The notes beneath the pieces were generated by a model. It searched no databases. It had not been told where the DNA came from and was given only the letters and a program-made list of their open reading frames with translations. A program made the position numbers and the translations under genes. Shown in pieces: positions 29,204 to 38,570 of a DNA stretch of 64,000 nucleotides; position 1 is the stretch's first letter, and each line of letters begins with the position of its first letter. The stretch covers positions 129,629 to 193,628 of the forward strand of contig JAGORL010000002.1 in assembly GCA_018062825.1 (NCBI GenBank). The letters run 5' to 3'. The stretch comes from Patescibacteria group bacterium (GTDB lineage: Bacteria > Patescibacteriota > Patescibacteriia > UBA9934).

Positions 29204-31219
29204 TTACCACGATGCTATCGATCCTCCGGCTAAAAGAGATGCGAGACTCGTTGGTAATAAAACCGCGTCGCCGCTAGCAAAAACCGCGGAGAGTCCACTA
29301 GGAACGCTGAACAAAATGTCAGGAATTTCGTCCTGAGAAACATCAACCACGTGCACCGTAGCACCCACCGGAACAGTCACCGCAAAATTAAATGCTCCAA
29401 TACGATTGTAAGCGAAAACCGTACCACTTGAAGACGAAACAACAATTTCATCACGACTATCGTCATCAAAATCACGCGCTTGCAGGCCAGTAATTACCGC
29501 GCCACTAGGCACTCCAGAAAACGATCCTCGATCGGTGCCATCAATGTCATACGTAGCGACTCTGCTGCCACCAAGCTCTGCAACCGTAATCTCCCAATCC
29601 CAATCGTCATCAACGTCCGCGATCGCAACCATAAGCGGAGCTCCCACCGTAAAGCCCTGCGGAGTAAAGCGAGCAAGCTCAATACCCGTATCCGAATACA
29701 CAATGACATCCTCCCCACCAACCGTTGCGGTCACAATGTCGTAATACGTGTCGCCAATAATATCGCCAACCGCAATACGAACGCCATGCGTATCAATGGC
29801 TTCACCAGCGTAAAACGCTCGAGCCAACTGACCACCCGTTGTAAACACGCGAACAAGCGGCGGCGCACCAACGCCAACACCAGTAACAATTTCCGGAACC
29901 TCACTACCGGCAACGTCACCAAGATCAACGTAAATGCCTACATTCAGATCCTGAGCGTAAGGAGCGAAACTTGCTAACTCCATGCCAACGCCATCATACA
30001 AACGAACAAGCGGCACTTCACCAGCTGCCGATCCAAAGACAAAGTAATCAAGACCAAGACGCGCCGGTGGCCGAACAACTATCGCCTCATCAGGTAGCGC
30101 CTCAGCTGTCGAGAAAGCAGCCCCCACACTAAGCGCACGCGCCACGTTTAATCGACCAACACCAATCGCATTCATGGCGCTTAAATGTGAACTCACCGGA
30201 TCAACTGACAGTTTCAAAATAATGCGCACCTCTTCCGGAGTTAAATCTGGGTAACGAGCCAACAGCAAGGCTGCACCACCTGCAACAAGCGGTGCGGACG
30301 CTGAAGTACCGGTCCATGTCACATCCCCGCCCTCAGGCCGATCCTCACCATAAACCGATAAACCGAGCATATCTTCCCCGGGAGCGCTCAAATCAGCACA
30401 AGTAGCACCATAGTTTGTAAAATCCGTCTCGCCATCAAAGTAATCCGTCGCAGCTACGCCGATCACCCAATCCGCGGTGTCGTTCCCCAAACAAGCCGGG
30501 TACACCGGGTAATCATCAACGTTCAGGGCCTCGTTACCCAAAGATGCGACTATCACCACGCCAGCGTCATATGCTCTCCTGATCGCCGTACGCAAGCGCG
30601 AGGAAATATCTGAACCCGCAATACTTAAATTAATCACCCGCGCCCCTTGTGCTACGGCATAATCAACTGCTTCCGCCGCATCCTCCTCCGTGCCGTTACC
30701 ATTCGCATCCAAAATACGCAGCGGCAACAGTGCCGTCTGATGAGCTACTCCAATATAACCAGTGGCATTATTAGCTTCAGCTGCAATTAGCCCTGCCACA
30801 AACGTCCCGTGTGAGAGCTCGTCATCTTGAGAAAAATCCGGGCGGACATCGGCATCCTCATCCACAAAATCCCAACCGGATACGTCATCAATAAAACCAT
30901 TATTATCGTCATCAATATCATTGCCAGCAACCTCAAGAGGATTAATCCAAATATTAGCGGCAAGATCCGGATGATCCGTTGAGATCCCTGAATCAAGGAC
31001 CGCAACAATCACCTGAGCACTTCCCGCCGTAGTCTCCCAAGCAAGTTCAGAAGAAATACGCTCCAGGTACCACTGATCCAAATAACCTGGATCATCAAAG
31101 GTAGCGGCCTGCACAAGCGATGGCGTAAGAACTGCAAACAAACTCAACCAAACCAAGAAGCCGCGTACAAAAGACATATATACGCAGTATACGGCCTTAC
31201 CTAAATAAAAAAAGAGCAC
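29204..31219 (-). CDS. Secreted subtilisin-like serine protease (peptidase S8) with C-terminal FG-GAP/VCBS-like repeats.
   Basis: Catalytic D (VLDSGI), H (HGTFVAG) and S (GTSASAP). The ORF as drawn begins with GTG. An ATG 14 codons downstream (MSFVRGFLVW...) gives a clean signal peptide. Confidence 0.85.
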   Translation of the reverse strand: MLFFYLGKAVYCVYMSFVRGFLVWLSLFAVLTPSLVQAATFDDPGYLDQWYLERISSELAWETTAGSAQVIVAVLDSGISTDHPDLAANIWINPLEVAGNDIDDDNNGFIDDVSGWDFVDEDADVRPDFSQDDELSHGTFVAGLIAAEANNATGYIGVAHQTALLPLRILDANGNGTEEDAAEAVDYAVAQGARVINLSIAGSDISSRLRTAIRRAYDAGVVIVASLGNEALNVDDYPVYPACLGNDTADWVIGVAATDYFDGETDFTNYGATCADLSAPGEDMLGLSVYGEDRPEGGDVTWTGTSASAPLVAGGAALLLARYPDLTPEEVRIILKLSVDPVSSHLSAMNAIGVGRLNVARALSVGAAFSTAEALPDEAIVVRPPARLGLDYFVFGSAAGEVPLVRLYDGVGMELASFAPYAQDLNVGIYVDLGDVAGSEVPEIVTGVGVGAPPLVRVFTTGGQLARAFYAGEAIDTHGVRIAVGDIIGDTYYDIVTATVGGEDVIVYSDTGIELARFTPQGFTVGAPLMVAIADVDDDWDWEITVAELGGSRVATYDIDGTDRGSFSGVPSGAVITGLQARDFDDDSRDEIVVSSSSGTVFAYNRIGAFNFAVTVPVGATVHVVDVSQDEIPDILFSVPSGLSAVFASGDAVLLPTSLASLLAGGSIASW

Positions 31220-31238
31220 CGACCACAGTCAGGTGCCC
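31203..31238 (-). terminator. Rho-independent terminator downstream of 31291..31980.
   Basis: Minus strand reads gggcacc-tgactgtggtc-ggtgct-ttttttt. Confidence 0.5.
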
Positions 31239-31239
31239 T

Positions 31240-31310
31240 ATTCTCTTCCTCCAGCCCCAACGTAGTCCGGCTCTGCCGGACGAAATGGGCCTATTCCCTA
31301 CACGCTCCCT
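31240..31310. repeat. Dispersed structured repeat, copy C. Core 31252-31291 has the hairpin gtccggc-tct-gccggac.
   Basis: cagccccaacgtagtccggctctgccggacgaaatgggcc with ccctattctc and ctattccctac flanks. The flank supplies the TAG stop of 31291..31980. Confidence 0.75.
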
Positions 31311-31980
31311 TCGCATCCCTGTGCTCATTAGCAATCTCCACGTTCTCAGGAGCGAGACGCTCAGCGTTATCATAATGTGCACTCATAGCTGCACAATCCT
31401 TCTGATCCTTGTAATAACGCCCGAGCATAACCATGTTCCACTGAGTTGCTCCCTGCTCTTCCACTGAGCGTTCAAGCATGGCAAAACGATCAGCCGTACG
31501 TTCAGGATAGCGACGCTCTAAAAGAACAATGTAGTCACGATAAAATTCTTCAATAGCTGCACCAGAATAAATAGCTCGCAAGTAAGCATCTTCAGCTCCC
31601 TCGTAATCCGTCATGAGCTCAAGAACTGAACCGTAAAAATTCCAAGCTGTGTAATTTAAGGGATTACCATCAAGCTGCTTCTCAATCGCTTCACGCGCAG
31701 TAATAAGATCACCAAGAACCATGGCGTCATTAGCAACAGACAGATAGAGATCGAGGTCAACAACCTCTCCACGCGCTTCAAGCGCAGCAATGGAAGCCTT
31801 CGTGGTTGCTAAACGCTGTTCCATAAGTTGCACAATCTCAGGGTCACTCTGCACCTCAATTGAAGTCACCAAGCCTTTATAAGGATCTTGATGCGTGTAG
31901 TTCCAAACGGCAATACCGGCAAAAATAACCGCTACCACCGCTACAATCCCAACAATCACCGATGTTCGATTCCATTGCAT
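31291..31980 (-). CDS. Membrane-anchored hypothetical protein, possibly with TPR-like helical repeats.
   Basis: N-terminal TM 'VIVGIVAVVAVIFAGIAVW'. Confidence 0.45.
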   Translation of the reverse strand: MQWNRTSVIVGIVAVVAVIFAGIAVWNYTHQDPYKGLVTSIEVQSDPEIVQLMEQRLATTKASIAALEARGEVVDLDLYLSVANDAMVLGDLITAREAIEKQLDGNPLNYTAWNFYGSVLELMTDYEGAEDAYLRAIYSGAAIEEFYRDYIVLLERRYPERTADRFAMLERSVEEQGATQWNMVMLGRYYKDQKDCAAMSAHYDNAERLAPENVEIANEHRDAKGACRE

Positions 31981-32075
31981 ATGGCACGAATGTTAGTTGA
32001 AAATTGAGAAAAAAGCAACAAAACCATCCTACCTTCCGTTTCCCCCTTTCCACCCTTCCGCCTTTCCGCCAACAC

Positions 32076-32102
32076 AAAAACCGCCCCGAAGGGCGGTTTT
32101 TG
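32076..32102. terminator. Bidirectional rho-independent terminator.
   Basis: aaaaa-ccgccccgaagggcgg-ttttt. Confidence 0.8.
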
Positions 32103-32145
32103 CTATACCTGTTGAGTAATCACTCAAGCAGCTACACGATCGTCA

Positions 32146-35100
32146 TTAGAAGACGAGGGTGTTGCCGTTAAGGGTGATGTTGTCAACAAGGTATGAACCC
32201 CACCAGCTGTTAGCAGTGGTAGAGGTCGTAGAACCATCATCCTTCCAGAAGAAGCTTGATGGCATACGATCCAAGTCATCACCAGCATCGTTAGCTGAAG
32301 ATGAATCTGGGTAGGTACCGAGGTATCCACGAACAACGGTGAGGTCATTCGTAGCGATGCCTGTAACAAGCATCTTTTCGTCGGTAGCACCACAGTTGTT
32401 GTCAGCCGTATCCATACATACTACGTCACCTACCAAGTATGCAGCGCCACTGGTTACCGAAATGGTGGTATCGGTAGCGGTGAGGTTGGACTCAGTAAGG
32501 TCAGAAGCCGTAATGAACGTTGAAACGATAGGATCTGTTCCGATGTCGAAACGGATAGAATCGTCATCATTTGAGGAAGCACCGGTGGAGTCAAAGTACA
32601 ACGAGAACGTGTACGAGCTACCAGCAGGCACAACTTCGGAAGTCGCAAGATCAAGCTTGGCGAACTTCACGACGTCAGTGTCATCGGTACAAACCGTACC
32701 ATCCGTTGTAAGAAGTGACCATTCACCGTCTGCTGCATCGAGGGTCTGGCTCGTACCATCAACCGTAAGGTTGTAAAGGTCAAAGTCAGAAGCCTGCATG
32801 TTACCTGCGCCGCCATCGTTAGCGTCACAGATATTCCAGGTACCACTGTTGTTAGCGGTAGAAGTCATGGTGAATACCAACTGGTCAAGTACTACATCCT
32901 CGTTAGAAGAAGCAGCTACGTTGAAGCGGTAAACCTCAGAACGACCTGGAACAGCGGAACCGGAAGGGCTAGCGGAAGACAACGTTACGGTTGGCTTGGA
33001 CTCACGAACTACGAAGGTCTTAATGCCATCAGTAGAATCGTCACCAAGAACAGTCAAGTTGTCGTCATCAAGCGTCTCACCAGAACCGATACCTGTAGCA
33101 CGGAAGTTGTCATCGTTCGTGGTGTCAGCGAAGAGACCCATGCGGATCTTCTCGTTTGAGGTGGCAGAACCACCGGAGTCACGATCGGTGAGAGGAACAT
33201 TTACGTAAACCTTCACATCCTCTGGTGAACCAGTTGGAACATGGAAGGAAAGGTTTGAGAACTTTGCCTCATTGCCACTCATAGAAGCCGTTGCAGTAAG
33301 CATGGTGCCAGCTGCATTTGGGTATTCAATGGTAACAAGTGAGATGTTGTTCGTGTATGCAGTGGACTCTGAAACACCTGTGTTGTCCTCACCTTCCTCT
33401 TCAGAAAGGGTCAAGGTCTTCACATCAAATCCTTCGTTGGTAGCCGTAAAGCGGTACGTCGCAACATGGTTCATCGAAGATGAGCTCATGACGAAGTCTG
33501 CAGAAGGCGTGTCAGAACCAACAGTGATAGCAAGGGTACCAGAAGCCGCTACGGTAAGAACCGTGGTAGGCGTGGTGCCGCCGTTAACATCTGTACCGGA
33601 AGCGTCAATGGAATCACCATCGTTGTCCTCAGCAACTACGTCAGTAGCTGCATCGTTGATGTCAAGCGCGAAGAAGCGGTTTGAAGCATCTGATGGGTTA
33701 GCCAAGTTACACATTACGGATACGTTCTCAGACTGGCCGGCCGCAATGGTCCAAGCAAAGTCATCGAAGCTGATTGACTGACCGTTTGTGGTAGGAGCCT
33801 CTGGACCAGCAACCAAGGTATCACCCTGGTAGAGGGAACAGGACTCAATGAAATCGTTAACATCAGATGCAGCCTCACCACCTGCGGTGAATCCACCTGA
33901 ATTGTCGTCATCACCGTAGGCAGCAAGGGTAAGGTCAGTGACCGTTACCTCTGAAGCATCGCCGGCGGTAGCGGTGAAACCAACTACGCCAACGTTGTCA
34001 GAACCCTGAACTGTTGTGGTGTCTGAAGGTGTGCTTGACAAGGTGAATGCCAAGGAAGCGCTCTTTGCCGTGTGGGAGAAACCAACAAGGTCAGAGCTAG
34101 GAACGATATCGGAAGAAACAAGCTCATCGCCGTTCTCATCCTCAATCTCAAGACCAGAAAGATCAAGTGTTGCACCAAACTCAGTACCAGACGTGATGTC
34201 GGCATTGAGGTCAGCGGTAACAGCAAGATTCAAGGTCTCACCAGCTTCAACGGTGAAATCATCGTTGAAACCAAGTGTCTGTACAGCATCATTGCCACTG
34301 GTAGAAAGTTCTACTGGACCCATGAGAACTGCACCGGTATCAGCGTTAACGATCTTGATATCTTCAAGAGCGCCCTCTGATGTACCAATGAGAAGACCAT
34401 CGTTATCAGAACCACCTGCCTCAGCGCCATCAAATGGATCGTTGTCGGCATCGTCATCACCGTAAACAAGAACATCAAGATCCTTGATCGTGATCTCCTG
34501 AGAAGCAGTGATAGAGAACTCGAAGATGGACTGGTCATCACCATCAATCTGCAAGTCACCAGCGGAAGGACCATTGAAAGCGAGTGTTACATCGCCGCCC
34601 TGGATTTCGCTGTATGAACAGTTGCCAGATGAAGAGGTACATGAAGCACCATCGTAGGTACCGGAGGAATCAGTGTCTACCGCTACGCCGAAGCCGAAGT
34701 CATCGCCGATGGCAACAACGTCTACTGCGTCGTCAACGTAAACCTTGATCTCATCCTGTGCCTGACCACCGATGTCGGCAGTAAGCTTGAAGATGTTGCT
34801 GTCGCCATCCTCAATCATGAATGGATCGCTGGAGAGGTCGAAGAGAACGTAGTCTCCACCGATGTCCTCACCTTCTGCAAGCCAAGCGGAACCATCGTAA
34901 AGCTGGAAGTCAGAGTGATCTGCTGCATCCTCAACCTTCAAGGTGATGGATTCAACGGAAACTGGCTCAGAGCCGGCTTCGATCTTGAACTCTGCGATAT
35001 CAGCATCCTGCTCACCAAGAGTAGGATCAGAGATGGAACCGTTCTTCTTTACAACTGCGGTACCTGCTGAGGAACCGGAAAGTGTAAAGATGTTACCTGC

Positions 35101-36243
35101 TACTGGGAAAGAACCGTCTACATCACCAGAAGCTACTACATCACCTGCTGAGGCGATCTGGAAGCCAAAGGTGTCAGCTGCTGTAGCAGAGGTAGAAACC
35201 TCAACGCGAGCAGTAAGTACACGGGAGTCACCAGCATCAACAGCCAAGTTAAGGTTGTTGAAAGTCACCATGCGGGTAGAAGCGTTTACGGAACGTGCCT
35301 CAGTAAGGCGGGTGTTGCCCTCATAGAGGTATACGTTCTCGATGTTGCTGGTAGAACCAGCACCGATGAGCTTAAGCGCGATGTTGTCGAGCTCGCCATC
35401 AGTATCAGCCTCAACTTCGAAGCTGAAAACAGCTACGGAGTTTGCACCCTTTGGAAGGGTGGTACCAACTGGCATGGAAGAAGCCTCGGAGATCATAAGA
35501 TCGCCCATAACTCCATCATTACCAGACATGTCGGTCTCGGTCTGAGCTACGTCAACGAGAGCAAGAAGCTCGCCGGTAACGTCGTCGCCCATAGAAAGAG
35601 CGCTGTCGTCAATGCTCGAACCGTCCATAACGAACTTGTTCTGGAAGCCGTTAGCGGTCATGCCGTTTGCGGTTACCATCAACATTTCGCCATCCCAGAC
35701 GAGGTAGGTGTCACCACCCATCTCGTAAAGCATGCCTTCGTAAGCCTCAGAGCTCATAAGAGATGGGCCAACGGAGTAGTCAGTGAAGAAGACGTCCGCA
35801 ACGTCAACGATGCGGGACGCCCAGTCAGCGCCAGCCAAGCCTACAGCTACTGCCTCGGACTCGATCCAGTGGATCATACCGTTGCGAGCTACTGCGTAGG
35901 TCTTTGGATCAGACTGGACTTTAACCCAGTAAGAACCTGGACGCATAACAACGTTGCCACCGAGCGTGATCGCGGAAAGCGAGCTGTCGGAAATGGTCAT
36001 GACGCCACTGAAATCAGTGAACCAAGTCATGTACGTCGTCTCATTCGGGAACGTGTAGCGCATGCCGTCGTAACCGTAGTAGTAAACCGTGCTCAAGGAA
36101 GTACCCTTGATAAGGTCACCTGCGGTCGCGGCATGTGCGGTGGAAGGGCTCACAAGAGCGCCAGCACCAACGGAGAAAGCGATCGTCGCTGCTGCGATTG
36201 CGGCAGAGAAAGCGCGCTTGCCCATATAAAGCACATGTTGCAT
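32146..36243 (-). CDS. Giant (1365 aa) secreted S/T/D/G-rich surface protein, adhesin or S-layer-like.
   Basis: Signal peptide 'AAIAAATIAFSVGAGALVSPSTAHA' and long low-complexity beta-rich repeats. The antisense ORFs are junk. Confidence 0.7.
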   Translation of the reverse strand: MQHVLYMGKRAFSAAIAAATIAFSVGAGALVSPSTAHAATAGDLIKGTSLSTVYYYGYDGMRYTFPNETTYMTWFTDFSGVMTISDSSLSAITLGGNVVMRPGSYWVKVQSDPKTYAVARNGMIHWIESEAVAVGLAGADWASRIVDVADVFFTDYSVGPSLMSSEAYEGMLYEMGGDTYLVWDGEMLMVTANGMTANGFQNKFVMDGSSIDDSALSMGDDVTGELLALVDVAQTETDMSGNDGVMGDLMISEASSMPVGTTLPKGANSVAVFSFEVEADTDGELDNIALKLIGAGSTSNIENVYLYEGNTRLTEARSVNASTRMVTFNNLNLAVDAGDSRVLTARVEVSTSATAADTFGFQIASAGDVVASGDVDGSFPVAGNIFTLSGSSAGTAVVKKNGSISDPTLGEQDADIAEFKIEAGSEPVSVESITLKVEDAADHSDFQLYDGSAWLAEGEDIGGDYVLFDLSSDPFMIEDGDSNIFKLTADIGGQAQDEIKVYVDDAVDVVAIGDDFGFGVAVDTDSSGTYDGASCTSSSGNCSYSEIQGGDVTLAFNGPSAGDLQIDGDDQSIFEFSITASQEITIKDLDVLVYGDDDADNDPFDGAEAGGSDNDGLLIGTSEGALEDIKIVNADTGAVLMGPVELSTSGNDAVQTLGFNDDFTVEAGETLNLAVTADLNADITSGTEFGATLDLSGLEIEDENGDELVSSDIVPSSDLVGFSHTAKSASLAFTLSSTPSDTTTVQGSDNVGVVGFTATAGDASEVTVTDLTLAAYGDDDNSGGFTAGGEAASDVNDFIESCSLYQGDTLVAGPEAPTTNGQSISFDDFAWTIAAGQSENVSVMCNLANPSDASNRFFALDINDAATDVVAEDNDGDSIDASGTDVNGGTTPTTVLTVAASGTLAITVGSDTPSADFVMSSSSMNHVATYRFTATNEGFDVKTLTLSEEEGEDNTGVSESTAYTNNISLVTIEYPNAAGTMLTATASMSGNEAKFSNLSFHVPTGSPEDVKVYVNVPLTDRDSGGSATSNEKIRMGLFADTTNDDNFRATGIGSGETLDDDNLTVLGDDSTDGIKTFVVRESKPTVTLSSASPSGSAVPGRSEVYRFNVAASSNEDVVLDQLVFTMTSTANNSGTWNICDANDGGAGNMQASDFDLYNLTVDGTSQTLDAADGEWSLLTTDGTVCTDDTDVVKFAKLDLATSEVVPAGSSYTFSLYFDSTGASSNDDDSIRFDIGTDPIVSTFITASDLTESNLTATDTTISVTSGAAYLVGDVVCMDTADNNCGATDEKMLVTGIATNDLTVVRGYLGTYPDSSSANDAGDDLDRMPSSFFWKDDGSTTSTTANSWWGSYLVDNITLNGNTLVF

Positions 36244-36411
36244 AAAGAGATTTATTCATCCTTTAACCCGGATGAAGGGGTATATATAAGTTGTGGGCAT
36301 GCGTAAGCCTTGCGGCTCTCGACCTTTCGTACGCATACAAGGATGTATAGACATCCCTTTGCGAAAGACCTTGAGACAAGATCTTTCGGCAAGGAAAGAA
36401 GAGGAAACCTC

Positions 36412-37527
36412 TTATTGACCGGCGTTTTCTAACGGCACCGTTTCTACCACTTCTGGGACCACTTCAGCAACCGGAGCCGCTAAAGCCTGAACGACCGTAA
36501 ATTCTACCGCTGCAAGTTGAGCCTCAAGACCAAGGAGAGCGTCATCGATCTGATCAAGAATGACAAAGGCATTTCTGAATCCTCCAGCCGCCACGCTATC
36601 CATAGCATCCGGGATTCTGACAAGAACGTGGTCAGCAGTATACGTCAGCTCGTTAAACTCATCAGCCGTTGGAACAGCAACCTGTGTAAAGGCTTCCGGA
36701 CGAGAAGCGATAAGCCCCTGCAACTTAGCTATACGATGCAGATTAAAGGCCTGACGCGACTGCACATCCCCAAGTTCTCGCATGAACATCTCACGCATCT
36801 CACGCTCGGAAACTTGAGAACCTTCCTCTTCGTGAGCCACAACCGCTACCTCAGTAACCACTCCCTGCGCTTCCTGAATAGTTGCTTGAGCCGAGCGCAC
36901 ATCTTCTGAAACAACCTCACCCGCTCCCTCTTGCGCACCAACTGTAGCGTTTAACGCGTCATCAAGGACATCAAGCTTTTCTTGCACGCTTACCGCTACC
37001 GAGAGAACGGCACTGTTACCCGCAGATTGCTGTAACGTTTGAATGCTCTGCGTGGCTGAAGCTACCTCTTTCTTATATGCCTCAAGTGTTCCTTGGACGT
37101 AATCATTTTTCTGTGGATCAACCTTAGCGGCCTCTTGCAGCTGAGCGACCTCATACATACGACGCTGGGCAAACTCTGTATGCAGAACCGCTTGCTTATC
37201 TAAGGAAGCAAGCTTGAGCTGCGCCTGTTCAGTAATAATCTTTACTGAATAAAGCGTATCGCCCGGCAAACTGTCAGCCGCGGCGCTCACCGTAGTCATC
37301 CAGCCACCAAACACTACCGCCAAACTTGCAGCGCTAGCGGCCAGCGGACGAGAAACAAAAGCTCCAGTAGCCCAAGCTGGAAAAGCCATGAAAGATGGGG
37401 ACTGCGATTCTTCGATGCCCAAAGACGCAAAAAGACGAGCCTTCCCCTGCTCTTGGGCAGAGGCGGAAAGTGCTCCGAGTTCCGGAGCGTCTTTCAAAGC
37501 TCGTAATTTTTTAATCGCGTTGGACAC
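36412..37527 (-). CDS. Putative membrane-anchored anti-sigma factor (coiled-coil). Inferred from its position immediately downstream of the ECF sigma gene.
   Basis: Cytoplasmic N-terminus, a single TM helix (AASLAVVFGGWMTT) and an extracytoplasmic coiled-coil domain. Confidence 0.4.
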   Translation of the reverse strand: MSNAIKKLRALKDAPELGALSASAQEQGKARLFASLGIEESQSPSFMAFPAWATGAFVSRPLAASAASLAVVFGGWMTTVSAAADSLPGDTLYSVKIITEQAQLKLASLDKQAVLHTEFAQRRMYEVAQLQEAAKVDPQKNDYVQGTLEAYKKEVASATQSIQTLQQSAGNSAVLSVAVSVQEKLDVLDDALNATVGAQEGAGEVVSEDVRSAQATIQEAQGVVTEVAVVAHEEEGSQVSEREMREMFMRELGDVQSRQAFNLHRIAKLQGLIASRPEAFTQVAVPTADEFNELTYTADHVLVRIPDAMDSVAAGGFRNAFVILDQIDDALLGLEAQLAAVEFTVVQALAAPVAEVVPEVVETVPLENAGQ

Positions 37528-37535
37528 AGGATTGT

Positions 37536-38078
37536 TTATTGAGAAAGTTTATCTTCCAGAGCCTTACGTGCACGATGCAGAAGCACACGTACATTGTTTG
37601 AGCTCTTACCTAATACAGACGCTATTTCAGGCACAGTCATTTCACTAAGGAAGCGCATAACGAGAATTTCTCGATATTCTTCTTTAAGCGATCGAATGAC
37701 CTGAGCTACTTTTTCCGCTTCAGAACGCGCATCAACCTGACCTTCAAGTGAACTTGATTCCGGTAGCGTGCTCGCTACGTCGTCATTAAGTTCCAACTCT
37801 GGGCGACGTTCTTGCTTGCGATAATGATCAGCAACAAGATTGCGCGCTATCCTATATAACAAGGCTCCGGGGCTAGAAACCACACTTGCACGCATATACT
37901 CCCAGCCGCGCAGGAACACCTCACTTGTCAATTCATCAACGTCCTCCACTTTCGCTACCTTGAAGTAGATGTATTTGCGAACACGCGAAAAATGAAGGTC
38001 ATAGATCTGACCATAGGCGCGGGCATCTTGATAACGATGCACGCGGAAGGCGAGGAATTTTTCCTGGAGCGCCGACAT
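37536..38078 (-). CDS. RNA polymerase sigma-70 family, ECF subfamily.
   Basis: Region 2 'LYRIARNLVADHYR' and region 4 'EILVMRFLSEMTVPEIASVLGKSSNNVRVLLHRARKAL'. Confidence 0.85.
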   Translation of the reverse strand: MSALQEKFLAFRVHRYQDARAYGQIYDLHFSRVRKYIYFKVAKVEDVDELTSEVFLRGWEYMRASVVSSPGALLYRIARNLVADHYRKQERRPELELNDDVASTLPESSSLEGQVDARSEAEKVAQVIRSLKEEYREILVMRFLSEMTVPEIASVLGKSSNNVRVLLHRARKALEDKLSQ

Positions 38079-38285
38079 GTATTAAGTCGTTATAAAAAGA
38101 AGATCATTACACCACCCATAAAAAACCGCTAAACTGACTGCAAAACCTACCATAAACCGGTCTAAAAGAGCAATGGAGTGAAAAATGGCCATAAAACTTT
38201 TGGCTACACCTGTTTTGACAAACACCTTCAAGCACCGTAAAGTATGAAACATTAAGACGCGACGCTAAGCCAAACGTTACAGTCT

Positions 38286-38570
38286 ATGTCTACCACCTCA
38301 CAAATCAGGCTCTCAGTCTCAGAAGCCGCTAAGATCTTCGGTGTAAGCACTCGAACCGTACGTCGCGCCATTGCCGACGGCGAAGTTAGCTACATCGTCG
38401 TTCAAGGCAGATACAAGATCGCCTTCCCTTCCCTACTTGCCTGGTCACAACGCACCACAACCGTCAAAAACAAGCTGGCAAAAGAAGGCATTGGCCAATA
38501 CGTAGCCCAGTGGTCCATTAAGAACACACTCTACTCGCCAAAGGCGCCTGAAAAAGGACTTGAAGCCTAA
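38286..38570 (+). CDS. Small HTH DNA-binding protein (excisionase/MerR-like HTH_17).
   Basis: 'LSVSEAAKIFGVSTRTVRRAIADGEVSY'. Confidence 0.6.
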   Translation: MSTTSQIRLSVSEAAKIFGVSTRTVRRAIADGEVSYIVVQGRYKIAFPSLLAWSQRTTTVKNKLAKEGIGQYVAQWSIKNTLYSPKAPEKGLEA

